64,000 nt of DNA, taken from the sequence record OR493421.1; one strand, written 5' to 3'. The notes below the pieces were generated by a model, which saw only the letters and a list, made by a program, of their open reading frames with translations, did not search any database and was not told where the DNA came from. Both the position numbers and the translations under genes were made by a program. Positions 9,314-18,365 of this stretch are shown here, piece by piece. Position 1 is the stretch's first letter. Every line of letters begins with the position of its first letter.

Positions 9314-10057
9314 TTAAAAGTCAAATTGTGCCGAAGCCATGCGCCCACCCATTTTCTCCATTGCGTGACCCACCGCACTAAATTCAGGAGAAATAGAGAT
9401 CAGACTGATAGGAGCGACGCCTATCGATTTTAGACGTTTAATGAGGTATTTCATTACCTCATTATGCCGGTCTTTATCCTCAGTGTGTGAATAGAAAATA
9501 GACATGTCGAAGGCGTCATCGCCTTTGTCTCGCCCGGCGATAAAAGCAACCGGAACCCCGTCCAGATTTCTTTTTGCAATCCAGATAACGGCATTAGGAT
9601 CCGCTTCAATTAATGCACCCAGTGACTGACGAAGATCCCGTAATTCGGATTTACCCGGAATGCTCCCGAGTGCTTTAGAGTCGAGAAAACCTTTTAAAGA
9701 GAAAGGAGAGAAACTCATCGACTGAGCGTCGTAGATGTTCTGTTGAAGAATTACACCAAATTCTTTCATTGCTTGTAATACTTTCTCTTCCGCTTTAAGC
9801 GCTTCCAAAAGTTCCTTCTTTCGCTTGGCGTGTAACTTGAAAGTTACCGAACGATATTTTCTCCCCTCCTTGGTTTGATAAATCTCGCCGGACATCGCTT
9901 TATCAAACATCTTTACGGTGTTGTTGTGGTCTTTTATTTTGACCCCCAACATTTTAATGATGGTTTTCGAACGATTGATCTTAGTGCGATTCAAAACAAC
10001 ACCCGGATCATTTTTAATGTCGGAAGGAAGGTAAACGTAAGGAATGTTTTCGCTCAT
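9314..10057 (-). CDS. hypothetical protein, possible degenerate GNAT-like C-terminal domain
   Basis: PVAFIAG...AMEKMG pattern; acetyl-CoA motif not clear. Confidence 0.6.
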   Translation of the reverse strand: MSENIPYVYLPSDIKNDPGVVLNRTKINRSKTIIKMLGVKIKDHNNTVKMFDKAMSGEIYQTKEGRKYRSVTFKLHAKRKKELLEALKAEEKVLQAMKEFGVILQQNIYDAQSMSFSPFSLKGFLDSKALGSIPGKSELRDLRQSLGALIEADPNAVIWIAKRNLDGVPVAFIAGRDKGDDAFDMSIFYSHTEDKDRHNEVMKYLIKRLKSIGVAPISLISISPEFSAVGHAMEKMGGRMASAQFDF

Positions 10058-10081
10058 AATCGTAGCCCTAAATTAGTGAGG

Positions 10082-10501
10082 TTATTTTGTTGAAAAGGTA
10101 ATGAGATTAGATCTCACTGTATTTTTGGTTTTTCTAAAAGGAATGACCGCTGCTCTGAATTGACGAAGACGAAGTTTCCATTCGATAGGAAGTTCATCGA
10201 ATGGAACTAATAACGGATGGGTTTTCTTTTCCGCATCCTTTACTTCTCCATGAACCCAACCTTCTTGGGTTAGTCGACTAAGCCAACTGCCATGGAGAGA
10301 TTTTGGTGATTTGTCATGAACCAGAACGGCTCTGACGGATGCTTTCATTTGGGCTTTATACCCCTCACCCATTAACCCCCATTGATGCAATTCCGGCAGA
10401 CCAAAGGCATAGTCTATCCCGCACTGCACGCTGTGTGCTACGCTTGCGATAAAATCAAGCTCTGCGTCGGTATAATCTTCCCCGTGACTCTTACGCCCCA
10501 T
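10082..10501 (-). CDS. RyR domain protein
   Basis: HGSW...EGWVHGEVKDAEKKTHPLLVPFDELP matches the RyR repeat. Confidence 0.85.
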   Translation of the reverse strand: MGRKSHGEDYTDAELDFIASVAHSVQCGIDYAFGLPELHQWGLMGEGYKAQMKASVRAVLVHDKSPKSLHGSWLSRLTQEGWVHGEVKDAEKKTHPLLVPFDELPIEWKLRLRQFRAAVIPFRKTKNTVRSNLITFSTK

Positions 10502-11054
10502 TTTTAACCTCTTTTAAAACAATACCGATATCTCTAATTAGGCGGTCTATAGCGCGCTGTAAGATAACGAGCTCACCTATCTCACCTTTGCCTTGACTAC
10601 CAAAACGATTAACGTACCATCGCGCTGAGCGTTCACACGAACTGATCTCTAACGTATTACTATAAAGGTCATAGGTTTTTACCAACGACCCTGTAAACAC
10701 TTTATCGATTCCTTCGATGTCGTTTAACCAATAACGCTCTGTTTTTACAGTATCTTTTTTACTGCGTTTAACCGCGCACTTCTCAATGAAATCTCTGATG
10801 TGGGTATCCATCAGCCTGAGTTTGGCTAAAAATGATTCGAAATTTTTATCTATCCCCTCGTTATTAGTATGAATGACTAATAACGTATTCCCCTTTCGTA
10901 TGTTGATATTGGCATCAAAGATTTCGTTGTGAATCTTTTCTTTCTTTTTAGTTTCGTAGTCAATTATGGTGGTCTTGACCGACCAACTTACACTGTTGAG
11001 ATTAGACGTGTCTCGGTTAAGAAATAATCTCCCAGAAAGAGTCTTTATGGTCAT
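10491..11054 (-). CDS. hypothetical protein
   Basis: 187-aa ORF. Confidence 0.75.
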   Translation of the reverse strand: MTIKTLSGRLFLNRDTSNLNSVSWSVKTTIIDYETKKKEKIHNEIFDANINIRKGNTLLVIHTNNEGIDKNFESFLAKLRLMDTHIRDFIEKCAVKRSKKDTVKTERYWLNDIEGIDKVFTGSLVKTYDLYSNTLEISSCERSARWYVNRFGSQGKGEIGELVILQRAIDRLIRDIGIVLKEVKNGA

Positions 11055-11085
11055 TGACTAAATTCCCAAAAAATAAGCACGAGGG

Positions 11086-11114
11086 AGTAGGAGGAGGAAA
11101 CCCCCCCTCCTACT
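11086..11114 (-). terminator. hairpin terminator (AGTAGGAG family)
   Basis: AGTAGGAGG...CCTCCTACT after 11125..11406. Confidence 0.65.
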
Positions 11115-11124
11115 TTACCTTAAC

Positions 11125-11406
11125 TTAGCAGGCGCTGCCGGCAAGTTTGGCCGCCATTTCCGGAGACGGGTTGTTTTTACCTTTGGCTTTTTCGGCCTTT
11201 TGTTCCTGGGCTTTGTCCGTGACGAGGACACCGTCTTTGATCTTCAGGGTTTGGCCGATGGTCAGCTGACCCGGATCGAGATCGAGGGTGATGACCGACA
11301 CGTCGGTTGCCAGGGAGACTTTGCCGGCAGCCAGGCCGGAGACGACGAAGGATTCCGAACCATTCAGGGCGGCGAGTTGTTCTTCGGTCAGTTTGATTTT
11401 AGACAT
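11125..11406 (-). CDS. small protein with host-like, GC-richer codon usage (probably highly expressed)
   Basis: 93 aa; C/G-ending codons (ACC, GGC, CTG, ATC) unlike neighbours; own terminator. Confidence 0.8.
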   Translation of the reverse strand: MSKIKLTEEQLAALNGSESFVVSGLAAGKVSLATDVSVITLDLDPGQLTIGQTLKIKDGVLVTDKAQEQKAEKAKGKNNPSPEMAAKLAGSAC

Positions 11407-11464
11407 AACTTCTTTTCCTTTAATTAAAGTTTACGGTCGGTTAACCATTACAATAGTACAGGGC

Positions 11465-11478
11465 TGTAAATATTTACA
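11465..11478. promoter_or_regulatory. 14-bp perfect palindrome, possible operator
   Basis: TGTAAATATTTACA between the HTH gene and 11125..11406. Confidence 0.4.
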
Positions 11479-11480
11479 AC

Positions 11481-11657
11481 TTAAACGACTTCTTCTTTAG
11501 AGAAGAGATGCTCAACGTCAGAACGCATCCAACGCATATTTTTCCCCTCGCTAACGAAAGGCTGGGGGACAGTACCTTTGCTAATACGAATTTTCAGGGT
11601 TTTAACGGAAATACCCAGAAGTTTAGCTAACTCTTTAAGACTGATCAGTGGTTGCAT
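11481..11657 (-). CDS. AlpA/excisionase-like helix-turn-helix protein (58 aa, missing from ORF track)
   Basis: hand translation MQPLISLKELAKLLGISVKTLKIRISKGTVPQPFVSEGKNMRWMRSDVEHLFSKEEVV; ATG abuts upstream stop codon. Confidence 0.85.
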   Translation of the reverse strand: MQPLISLKELAKLLGISVKTLKIRISKGTVPQPFVSEGKNMRWMRSDVEHLFSKEEVV

Positions 11658-12548
11658 TTATTTACCTTTAGTAGCTTCAGTAGTAGCGTATTTTTTGAGG
11701 AAATGACGAGGAGCCCCACGGCGATAGATAATCGCTAAGAAATCCTCTTCGGACATATCAATGTCAAAACGAATATTGAATTGAACGTGTAATGCTTTAG
11801 CACGTTCGATATCTTCTCTCGTTCTTACGTTTGTGGGAAACAAACACAATAACGAGGTTAATGTGTTTAGAGCCAAAGCGTATTGTGAGTAAGTTGTGAT
11901 TTTCTTTTCACCGGGACGGAGTTCTCTAACGTATTTGCTGAGTAACTCAGGAATAGGCATAACCCCGTTAAGAAACGCGTCCACGTCCTTATCGGAGAAA
12001 ACAATTCCAAACTCGCGCTTAAACCGTTCGATGCAAATAACATCCCCGTATAGGAACTCTCTTGAAGCATTTCCTAGAGAGTGATGTCGATGATAAAAGG
12101 CGGCCAGCGCCTCGTAAAGTTTATCGTGAAATTCATCAGAGACGGGCTTGCGGTGCATGACTTTCATACTTTCGGCCATTGTCCGACATGCCGCCTCAAG
12201 CGCATGCATGTTAACCTTCCCGGTAGTAATTGAAATACCGTTTTGAATAACGGTATCTTTACCCTTTAGACTTTTCATCGCGGGGATCAGGAGAAGGAAT
12301 CGGGTCCTTGTTGATCGTAGCTGTCTCGGCTGTTGTAGTTGGGAGTGTTTAATAAAGCTTGCAGGCATTGGTTCACCGGGCTCTAAAAGATGAGGGTGCC
12401 CAAAACGATCGTACCAATACCGCGAAGAATGCTTTAATCTTCCAGTAGGCTGTTCATTTCTTGATTTATTCTTATCCGATGGGTCATTCGGATTAAACTC
12501 CACAACGACATTGTCTGGAGAGATGACTACTTTAATTTCTTTTTTCAT
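11658..12548 (-). CDS. hypothetical protein
   Basis: 296-aa ORF. Confidence 0.8.
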   Translation of the reverse strand: MKKEIKVVISPDNVVVEFNPNDPSDKNKSRNEQPTGRLKHSSRYWYDRFGHPHLLEPGEPMPASFIKHSQLQQPRQLRSTRTRFLLLIPAMKSLKGKDTVIQNGISITTGKVNMHALEAACRTMAESMKVMHRKPVSDEFHDKLYEALAAFYHRHHSLGNASREFLYGDVICIERFKREFGIVFSDKDVDAFLNGVMPIPELLSKYVRELRPGEKKITTYSQYALALNTLTSLLCLFPTNVRTREDIERAKALHVQFNIRFDIDMSEEDFLAIIYRRGAPRHFLKKYATTEATKGK

Positions 12549-12573
12549 ACCAAATATCCCTAAAAATGAATGA

Positions 12574-13359
12574 CTACGCGACGCTTTTAAGTTTATCTAG
12601 AGCAATAAACTTGGCTCTTGATCTCGCCAGGAGTGTGCGTTCTGTTTCTGGTCCTTTGCGATAAGACTCTCCGATCACTTTGTAATCGTTCTTATCCACC
12701 AGTACGCAGATCAGAATACCGGAATAGATATCCCTGACGTGATCTTTGAGTTCATGATCCATCGTGGCTTCTTTAGCAGTGAAGTAAGACTCGTGTTTGA
12801 TGGTGGTTACTACCCGGCGAGCTTTCAGAGTTTCCTCTACTGCGAACGCAATAGCCTTTTCGATTTTGTGAACACCCTCCCGTGATTCGTATTCGGTAGG
12901 ATTATTCAGGAGAAAATCGATTTCTTTAGGATGCGGTTCACACATTATCCCGCAGAATTCTTTTACGAGATAAGCGCCTACCAGATCGCACGGCATAAAC
13001 TCTTCTACGAGGGTCTCAGGTGTTAAAACCACCTCACTGATACGATCACCCCATTTAGATTTAAAACTTGATATATCGTGTCCTGTGGGGTATTCGGTAT
13101 CGAAGATATCGCTACCGATAGTGACCCAGGCGTGAAGAGTATTGCGAGCCATTCCAACGTCAACATCCAGTCGACGATTCAAAACGGAACTTACCGCTAA
13201 AGCGGCTACCGCGCAATCTCCGTTATTAATCGCAACCGAAGCGCTATGCATGGTTCGCCTTACATCATACATGCCTTCCTCGAATTTATTCCAGAAGTAG
13301 GTAAACCATTCGAAAGTATTCAGGATGGTCAGGCGATCTTTAAGCTGGGTCTCTAACAT
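12574..13359 (-). CDS. papain/transglutaminase-like Cys-His-Asp protein with extra C-terminal domain
   Basis: GDCAVAALAV...HAWV....IFD triad spacing. Confidence 0.55.
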   Translation of the reverse strand: MLETQLKDRLTILNTFEWFTYFWNKFEEGMYDVRRTMHSASVAINNGDCAVAALAVSSVLNRRLDVDVGMARNTLHAWVTIGSDIFDTEYPTGHDISSFKSKWGDRISEVVLTPETLVEEFMPCDLVGAYLVKEFCGIMCEPHPKEIDFLLNNPTEYESREGVHKIEKAIAFAVEETLKARRVVTTIKHESYFTAKEATMDHELKDHVRDIYSGILICVLVDKNDYKVIGESYRKGPETERTLLARSRAKFIALDKLKSVA

Positions 13360-13877
13360 TACCGAACTCCTTTATTCTTAACTTTCAAGAAATACCGCGG
13401 TGGATTTTCTAATGTCAGGCAGTAACCTACGACATTGTCGGGATGTGGACGAGAGTCATCCACATCAATCAGTTCAACCGAGCCAGGAATGACACCCATT
13501 TCGGTAGTGAGTGTTATTCCTATTTGCATCGCCATGAGCTGATAAACGCGTTCTTCTACTTCTAAGAACGTGTATTCGTTGGTGCTAAAGACAGGAGGAT
13601 CCAGTTCGGCTAAAGCCACACTTTTAGGCATAACCAACTTGGATTGATCAATTGGGATATTTACTCCTGCGATAAGCGGGACTCCGTTTAAGTCTTTGAT
13701 GGGATTGAACATCCCATCGGTGTTCCCGACATGACTGTTTAGCCATTTGACAATAGCTTTCACCATACCAGCCGGTGTGACGGGTTCGCCGTTGGACTCA
13801 CTGGAAAAATTAAACTGTGTTATCTCCAGCTTGTTATCTTTATTAACGGTCAGGTTCCCAAATCTAACGACTTTCAT
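13359..13877 (-). CDS. hypothetical protein
   Basis: 172-aa ORF. Confidence 0.75.
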   Translation of the reverse strand: MKVVRFGNLTVNKDNKLEITQFNFSSESNGEPVTPAGMVKAIVKWLNSHVGNTDGMFNPIKDLNGVPLIAGVNIPIDQSKLVMPKSVALAELDPPVFSTNEYTFLEVEERVYQLMAMQIGITLTTEMGVIPGSVELIDVDDSRPHPDNVVGYCLTLENPPRYFLKVKNKGVR

Positions 13878-13887
13878 GTGTTACCCC

Positions 13888-14190
13888 TTAATCACGATCG
13901 ACCAACACGATGCCTTCTTCCATCCCGTCGGCGGCTACACCCAACAGAACACAGTGTAAACGATCAGGAGCCGGCCAAGCGCAGCCGTGGAAGATGTCAG
14001 TTCGGCCCTCATCATCCACCCAGTTACCGGCTTCAGAATTGGTTTCGACTTCCCATTCGAAGGTATTTCCGTCTGCGTCGATATGAGGGTGGGTCAGCAA
14101 TGCGGTGTTGGTGTCAGGGGCTACAACGACCATACCGTTGATATCTTCGTCGCCAGTAAATTCCATTGGTTTAACCAAATAAATATTCAT
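13888..14190 (-). CDS. conserved phage hypothetical protein (paralog of 20451..20762)
   Basis: MNIYLV...VVVAPD..A...HP...W...CVLLG pattern. Confidence 0.75.
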   Translation of the reverse strand: MNIYLVKPMEFTGDEDINGMVVVAPDTNTALLTHPHIDADGNTFEWEVETNSEAGNWVDDEGRTDIFHGCAWPAPDRLHCVLLGVAADGMEEGIVLVDRD

Positions 14191-14232
14191 GTTGTTCTCT
14201 CCTAAAAAAGATTATGGTTTGTTCTACATAAG

Positions 14233-14246
14233 GATAATAAAGGTCT
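14233..14246 (-). promoter_or_regulatory. putative early promoter motif
   Basis: AGACCTTTATTATC on minus strand, 13/14 identical to 34145-34158. Confidence 0.5.
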
Positions 14247-14266
14247 GTTTTTATTTACATGTGCAA

Positions 14267-14299
14267 TAACTCCTACTCCCTTATCGGGAGTAGGAGTTA
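14267..14299 (-). terminator. repeated long-stem hairpin (TACTCC family), copy 1
   Basis: TAACTCCTACTCCC-TTATC-GGGAGTAGGAGTTA; 29-bp core identical to 34194-34222. Confidence 0.8.
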
Positions 14300-14306
14300 G
14301 ATTGAC

Positions 14307-14822
14307 TCAGCGGGTAACTTGTTTGAAAAGACCTAAATGTTCTTTATAGTTGAAAACGGAAGCGTATTTCTTGAAGCTATGAGTGAAGCTGCACCCGTCG
14401 TTGTCGTACTTTAAGGTGACTTGAACGATGTCGTCTTCTATTTTACCTGGGTCTCTAGCAAGACGTACTTCCAGATAATACTCTACCCCCGATTCACCCG
14501 TTTTCCAATGCTTAAGGAAACCCTCCGAAAGAACAGAAGAACGCTCTACGCTATGATTACCGTCAATTAATAAACGGGCTTTTATCAACGATTCACAAAT
14601 AGTTAAGCGCAGATCGCCGGTTAACCATTCACTATGAATCGGGGAGAAGAGTCGAACTCCGATATAAGCGAAGTCGAGCGCTTGAGTGAGATTAGGTTTA
14701 GAGGCCAGCAGATAATCACCCCAATAAACCTTAACGTTATACCCACACCCTTCTCGATACCCTACGCAGGAAAGATTACCTAAATTATACAGTGGAATAC
14801 GAACAACGTTTTCTTTAGCCAT
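14307..14822 (-). CDS. hypothetical protein
   Basis: start moved to ATG 14822 (GGAG RBS). Confidence 0.7.
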   Translation of the reverse strand: MAKENVVRIPLYNLGNLSCVGYREGCGYNVKVYWGDYLLASKPNLTQALDFAYIGVRLFSPIHSEWLTGDLRLTICESLIKARLLIDGNHSVERSSVLSEGFLKHWKTGESGVEYYLEVRLARDPGKIEDDIVQVTLKYDNDGCSFTHSFKKYASVFNYKEHLGLFKQVTR

Positions 14823-14920
14823 TTTTATTTCTCCGATATTTACGAAAGGAATGAGAGTAACCCACAAGATCACTCTCACCTAGGTCTACTGACCATACTA
14901 TTAAATTTAATTACGCTTCG

Positions 14921-15622
14921 TTATCCGATGACCAATTCTTCGTAAAACTTAACATAGTCCGATTCCGAAGGCGACCAAATCTGAGTGGCTCGATCAAGAT
15001 CACTCATAACTTCAGAACCCTCTCCCGCGCCCCAACGACGAATTACCTGCATGGCGACACCGATTGCGTTCTGGTAGGAATCCGATTCCCCCAATCCACT
15101 CAAACCAGTGTACGACAGCGCGATAGAGGCCAGATGTACAAGTTGATAAAGCTCGCTGATCGCGTTCACGTTGTAATCGTAAATCCCCGCTCTTTTGAGC
15201 TCCCGCAAGAGCGTAGTGAAGAAAAAGGGATTGCTGTCGAGCTGATCCGCGCTGGCAATTGTTAAATCAGATCGGAAACTAAGATATCCCCATTGACGAT
15301 AGGGGATATCGTGCCTAAAATGGTAATCGATTTTGGTTTCAGGTTTCATCATCATGATGGCGATATCGATTCGAGCAATCTCGTTGCGATGAATAGCAAA
15401 ATCCAAGGTCCTCGCCAAATCTTCAGAATACATGGCGCGGAGGACGTTATCAAATCGCTCTTCATCATACCCACGGGCAGCATTTTGGGTAGGGTCACTA
15501 AAAACCCCCTCCCATTTTGCTGAACCGATCTTCTTAATCGCTTTGCTCACCAGCTTAAATGATTTAGAGTGATTAAAGAAGACGTCGTCTGAAGTGGCAT
15601 TAATGTCATAGTTCTTACGCAT
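14921..15622 (-). CDS. hypothetical protein
   Basis: 233-aa helical ORF. Confidence 0.75.
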   Translation of the reverse strand: MRKNYDINATSDDVFFNHSKSFKLVSKAIKKIGSAKWEGVFSDPTQNAARGYDEERFDNVLRAMYSEDLARTLDFAIHRNEIARIDIAIMMMKPETKIDYHFRHDIPYRQWGYLSFRSDLTIASADQLDSNPFFFTTLLRELKRAGIYDYNVNAISELYQLVHLASIALSYTGLSGLGESDSYQNAIGVAMQVIRRWGAGEGSEVMSDLDRATQIWSPSESDYVKFYEELVIG

Positions 15623-15647
15623 GATATTTTATCCTTTATTGTCGGAA

Positions 15648-16343
15648 TTATTTATTTATTTTAACAACAAACCACATGTAAGCGCCGTACAGCGCGTTAC
15701 CGGTGATGACCGTCCACATCGCTACCATGGACCAAGAACCGGGTTGGTCTAAAGCAGGAATGACCCACATGTAAATAGAAGCGACATCGACCAGTATCCA
15801 GAGTAACCATTGTTCGGAATACTGTTTAACCATCAAGCCCATAGCGATTAAGCTCGCTACCATCGTAAACGCATCTAATACAGGTGAACTATCCCCGATA
15901 TGACGAAGGAACAAGCTTACTGCAAAGGTCCCTGCCAAAACAACGAACGTCATCTGAAGGAACTGAAGGAGTGACAATCGTTTAACAGATACGTCAACGC
16001 CAGCATCAGTCTTATTCAGCAATGTTTTACGCCATTCGTAAATACCCCAGAACTGGAATCCGAAGTAAATGACGTTAAGCGCCATGTTGCCGTAGAGTTG
16101 TTGCTTGTAGGAAACGATCGCGTAGAGAACTACCCCTAATAACCCCCAATAGTAATTGGAGAGTCGACCTTTAGCAACAAGAATAACACAGACGACGTTA
16201 AATATTCCAGCCCAGAATTCCAGTGGCGAAGCGGAAATACTCCCGGCCACAACAGCAGCGATGGCTACGACTAACCACAGCCATTCCTTACGACTCCATC
16301 CGCTCTGGAAATCAGTATAGATTACGCTAAAAAGTTCTTTCAT
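15648..16343 (-). CDS. pnuC: nicotinamide riboside transporter PnuC
   Basis: multi-TM protein with GRLSNYYWG, LDAFT and EQWLLWILVD motifs; abuts nadR. Confidence 0.92.
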   Translation of the reverse strand: MKELFSVIYTDFQSGWSRKEWLWLVVAIAAVVAGSISASPLEFWAGIFNVVCVILVAKGRLSNYYWGLLGVVLYAIVSYKQQLYGNMALNVIYFGFQFWGIYEWRKTLLNKTDAGVDVSVKRLSLLQFLQMTFVVLAGTFAVSLFLRHIGDSSPVLDAFTMVASLIAMGLMVKQYSEQWLLWILVDVASIYMWVIPALDQPGSWSMVAMWTVITGNALYGAYMWFVVKINK

Positions 16344-17453
16344 TTAAAAGTCACCTGAGTTAACACGTTGAGTGAAGGTTTTGATAATTTCGTAAGCCTG
16401 GTCGAACCTAACTTTGTAGTCGGAGGAAGAAATATGGAACGTTCTTCCTTCCGGGAACTGGTTAGGGAACTCCAGACTCATGAGGTTAAATAATTCAGTT
16501 GTCCGTTGTCTTTCGGGATTACTACGAAGGCCGTCATCAACCCACTCTACAGTAGGTTCGAGTACGATGACCAGATCGTAGTTTTCCTCAGCCGCTATCG
16601 CAGAGACGATACGATTAGGTTTCCCTTCATACAACCGATGGTAGTATTCGGTAATGAACGCATTCGTATCCACAATGCAAATGCGATTAGCCGAACGCAT
16701 GGCCTGGATTTCCAGTTCCTTATGGCGATAAGCGATGATTGGGTAATCGTCGCTACGGAGTGTCGATTCTGAACCACAGAGCTCAGTCTCGCAATACGTC
16801 CGACCGTACTCCTCTACCCAGGACGTATTAAACATCTTAGCCAGATTCTTGACCATGACGCTTTTACCGCAAGATTCCTGGCCGAGGATGACAATCCGTT
16901 TGGTGTAGTCCTTACGAACAATAGAAGGGAGGTATTCCCAGTTGGCGTAAAGATTCTCACGAATTTTAGTCGCACTAATGGGAACCGCTGTACGATGCGC
17001 ATCAACCACGACGTGACTGACTTCAGGAAGATGCTCCTCGTAACCTTTATCGTAATCGATTTCACTACTGAAAATGGCCACGGTCTGAGCAATCCGACGA
17101 GTGTTGTCGACTGATCCGATTCCTTTATAGTTCTTGTGCTGTTCCTCAGTGTAGATCTTCCTGAGGAGGTTGCAGTAAGCGCTCCATCCGTTGGGAAATT
17201 CCGGGATGTCATCTTCGATGATATATTTAATATCAATGTGGTCCGAATCAGCGTAATGCTGCTGTAACCAACGAAGACGGTTAGTGAACGTCAACGCCTT
17301 CTGATCACGAGGACATTGTTGCGCTAACCAGCGACTGTCGTGACTTAACACAACGATAACTTTCTTAGCCTGGAGGGAGGCTTGGGTGATGAGGTTGATA
17401 TGACCCTGAGTGAGCGGGGCGAATTTACCAACGACGATGCCGATATCAAACAT
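16344..17453 (-). CDS. nadR: NadR: NMN adenylyltransferase plus ribosylnicotinamide kinase (no repressor HTH)
   Basis: GKFAPLTQGH, ISATKIR, Walker A GQESCGKS, EYGR and WVDDGLR motifs. Confidence 0.93.
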   Translation of the reverse strand: MFDIGIVVGKFAPLTQGHINLITQASLQAKKVIVVLSHDSRWLAQQCPRDQKALTFTNRLRWLQQHYADSDHIDIKYIIEDDIPEFPNGWSAYCNLLRKIYTEEQHKNYKGIGSVDNTRRIAQTVAIFSSEIDYDKGYEEHLPEVSHVVVDAHRTAVPISATKIRENLYANWEYLPSIVRKDYTKRIVILGQESCGKSVMVKNLAKMFNTSWVEEYGRTYCETELCGSESTLRSDDYPIIAYRHKELEIQAMRSANRICIVDTNAFITEYYHRLYEGKPNRIVSAIAAEENYDLVIVLEPTVEWVDDGLRSNPERQRTTELFNLMSLEFPNQFPEGRTFHISSSDYKVRFDQAYEIIKTFTQRVNSGDF

Positions 17454-17467
17454 GATAAAGTCCCTAG

Positions 17468-18031
17468 TTAGCTAGGTTGATGGGGATGAGTAAAAACCGA
17501 CCTGGAATAATATTCGTTGCGAATTTCAGGGGAGGTAATAAGGAAAAGTTCTCTGAGGAGTCTCTCCCACAGTTCTTTTTGAACCTCGTCTCTCCCTTTT
17601 GTTTTTTCCTCCTCGGTAAGTTCGTAAACCCAGTTCATTTCGAATACCCAAACCGGATATGTTTCCCGCCCACCAAAGTTTTTCTTAAGCAGAGTGGTCT
17701 CTAGAGAAGGCCGGCAGAAAATAAACTCGTCCTCGTCTAAAGATTTAAAGAACTTATCAAATACTGAAAAAATGGCTGGGTGTGCTACCTCAACAACAAA
17801 AATGAAATTCCTTTTCTGTACCCGAGAATAAACTTTGGTCGGGTGAGATTTTAATTTTTCGGCAAAGGTGTGCCCGGAGCAACAAAAACGAGTAGTGACC
17901 CCGGGTATTGAGTTCAAAATCATCATCGGACCCTTCATTCTTTCATCAAGTCCTGGAAGCCCTTCCTCGACGTATTCGTTCCATTGCTTTTTAAATAATT
18001 CTGACTCATTAGCACTCAAGCAATTGATCAT
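17468..18031 (-). CDS. hypothetical protein with Tyw3-like N-terminal motif
   Basis: LNSIPGVTTRFCCSGH. Confidence 0.6.
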   Translation of the reverse strand: MINCLSANESELFKKQWNEYVEEGLPGLDERMKGPMMILNSIPGVTTRFCCSGHTFAEKLKSHPTKVYSRVQKRNFIFVVEVAHPAIFSVFDKFFKSLDEDEFIFCRPSLETTLLKKNFGGRETYPVWVFEMNWVYELTEEEKTKGRDEVQKELWERLLRELFLITSPEIRNEYYSRSVFTHPHQPS

Positions 18032-18054
18032 GGTCTATTTCCTAAAAAGAATTA

Positions 18055-18354
18055 TTAATTCAGCTTATCGATGGGAACAATTTTCTTTAACGTCGCTTTA
18101 AGCTCTTTATCTCGCTTAGCTTCGTAAAGATCTACTTGACGTTGAAGATTCAACCAAAACTCTTCGGACGTGTTGAAGAGCTTAGCGAGTTTAAACGCCA
18201 TCTCAATGCTCAGACGAGTATTCCCGCTAAGCAGACGGGAAATAGCAGCATTGCTTGAATGAGTCCGGCGGCAGAGTTCCATCATACTCATGTTCATCGG
18301 TTCGAGATACTCTTTCTTAATAATCTCGCCTACGGTAGAAGGTTTACGAGCCAT
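18055..18354 (-). CDS. higA: HigA/VapI-family antitoxin (XRE HTH), orphan
   Basis: VGEIIKKEYLEP...ISRLLSG..RLSIEMAFKLAKLFNTSEEFWLNLQ. Confidence 0.88.
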   Translation of the reverse strand: MARKPSTVGEIIKKEYLEPMNMSMMELCRRTHSSNAAISRLLSGNTRLSIEMAFKLAKLFNTSEEFWLNLQRQVDLYEAKRDKELKATLKKIVPIDKLN

Positions 18355-18365
18355 AATTTTCTCTC

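Noticed and set aside
11481-11657. Xis-like gene as evidence of a prophage or lysogeny module
   Set aside because: no integrase, repressor-antirepressor pair or att-like site in the window; better read as a transcriptional regulator
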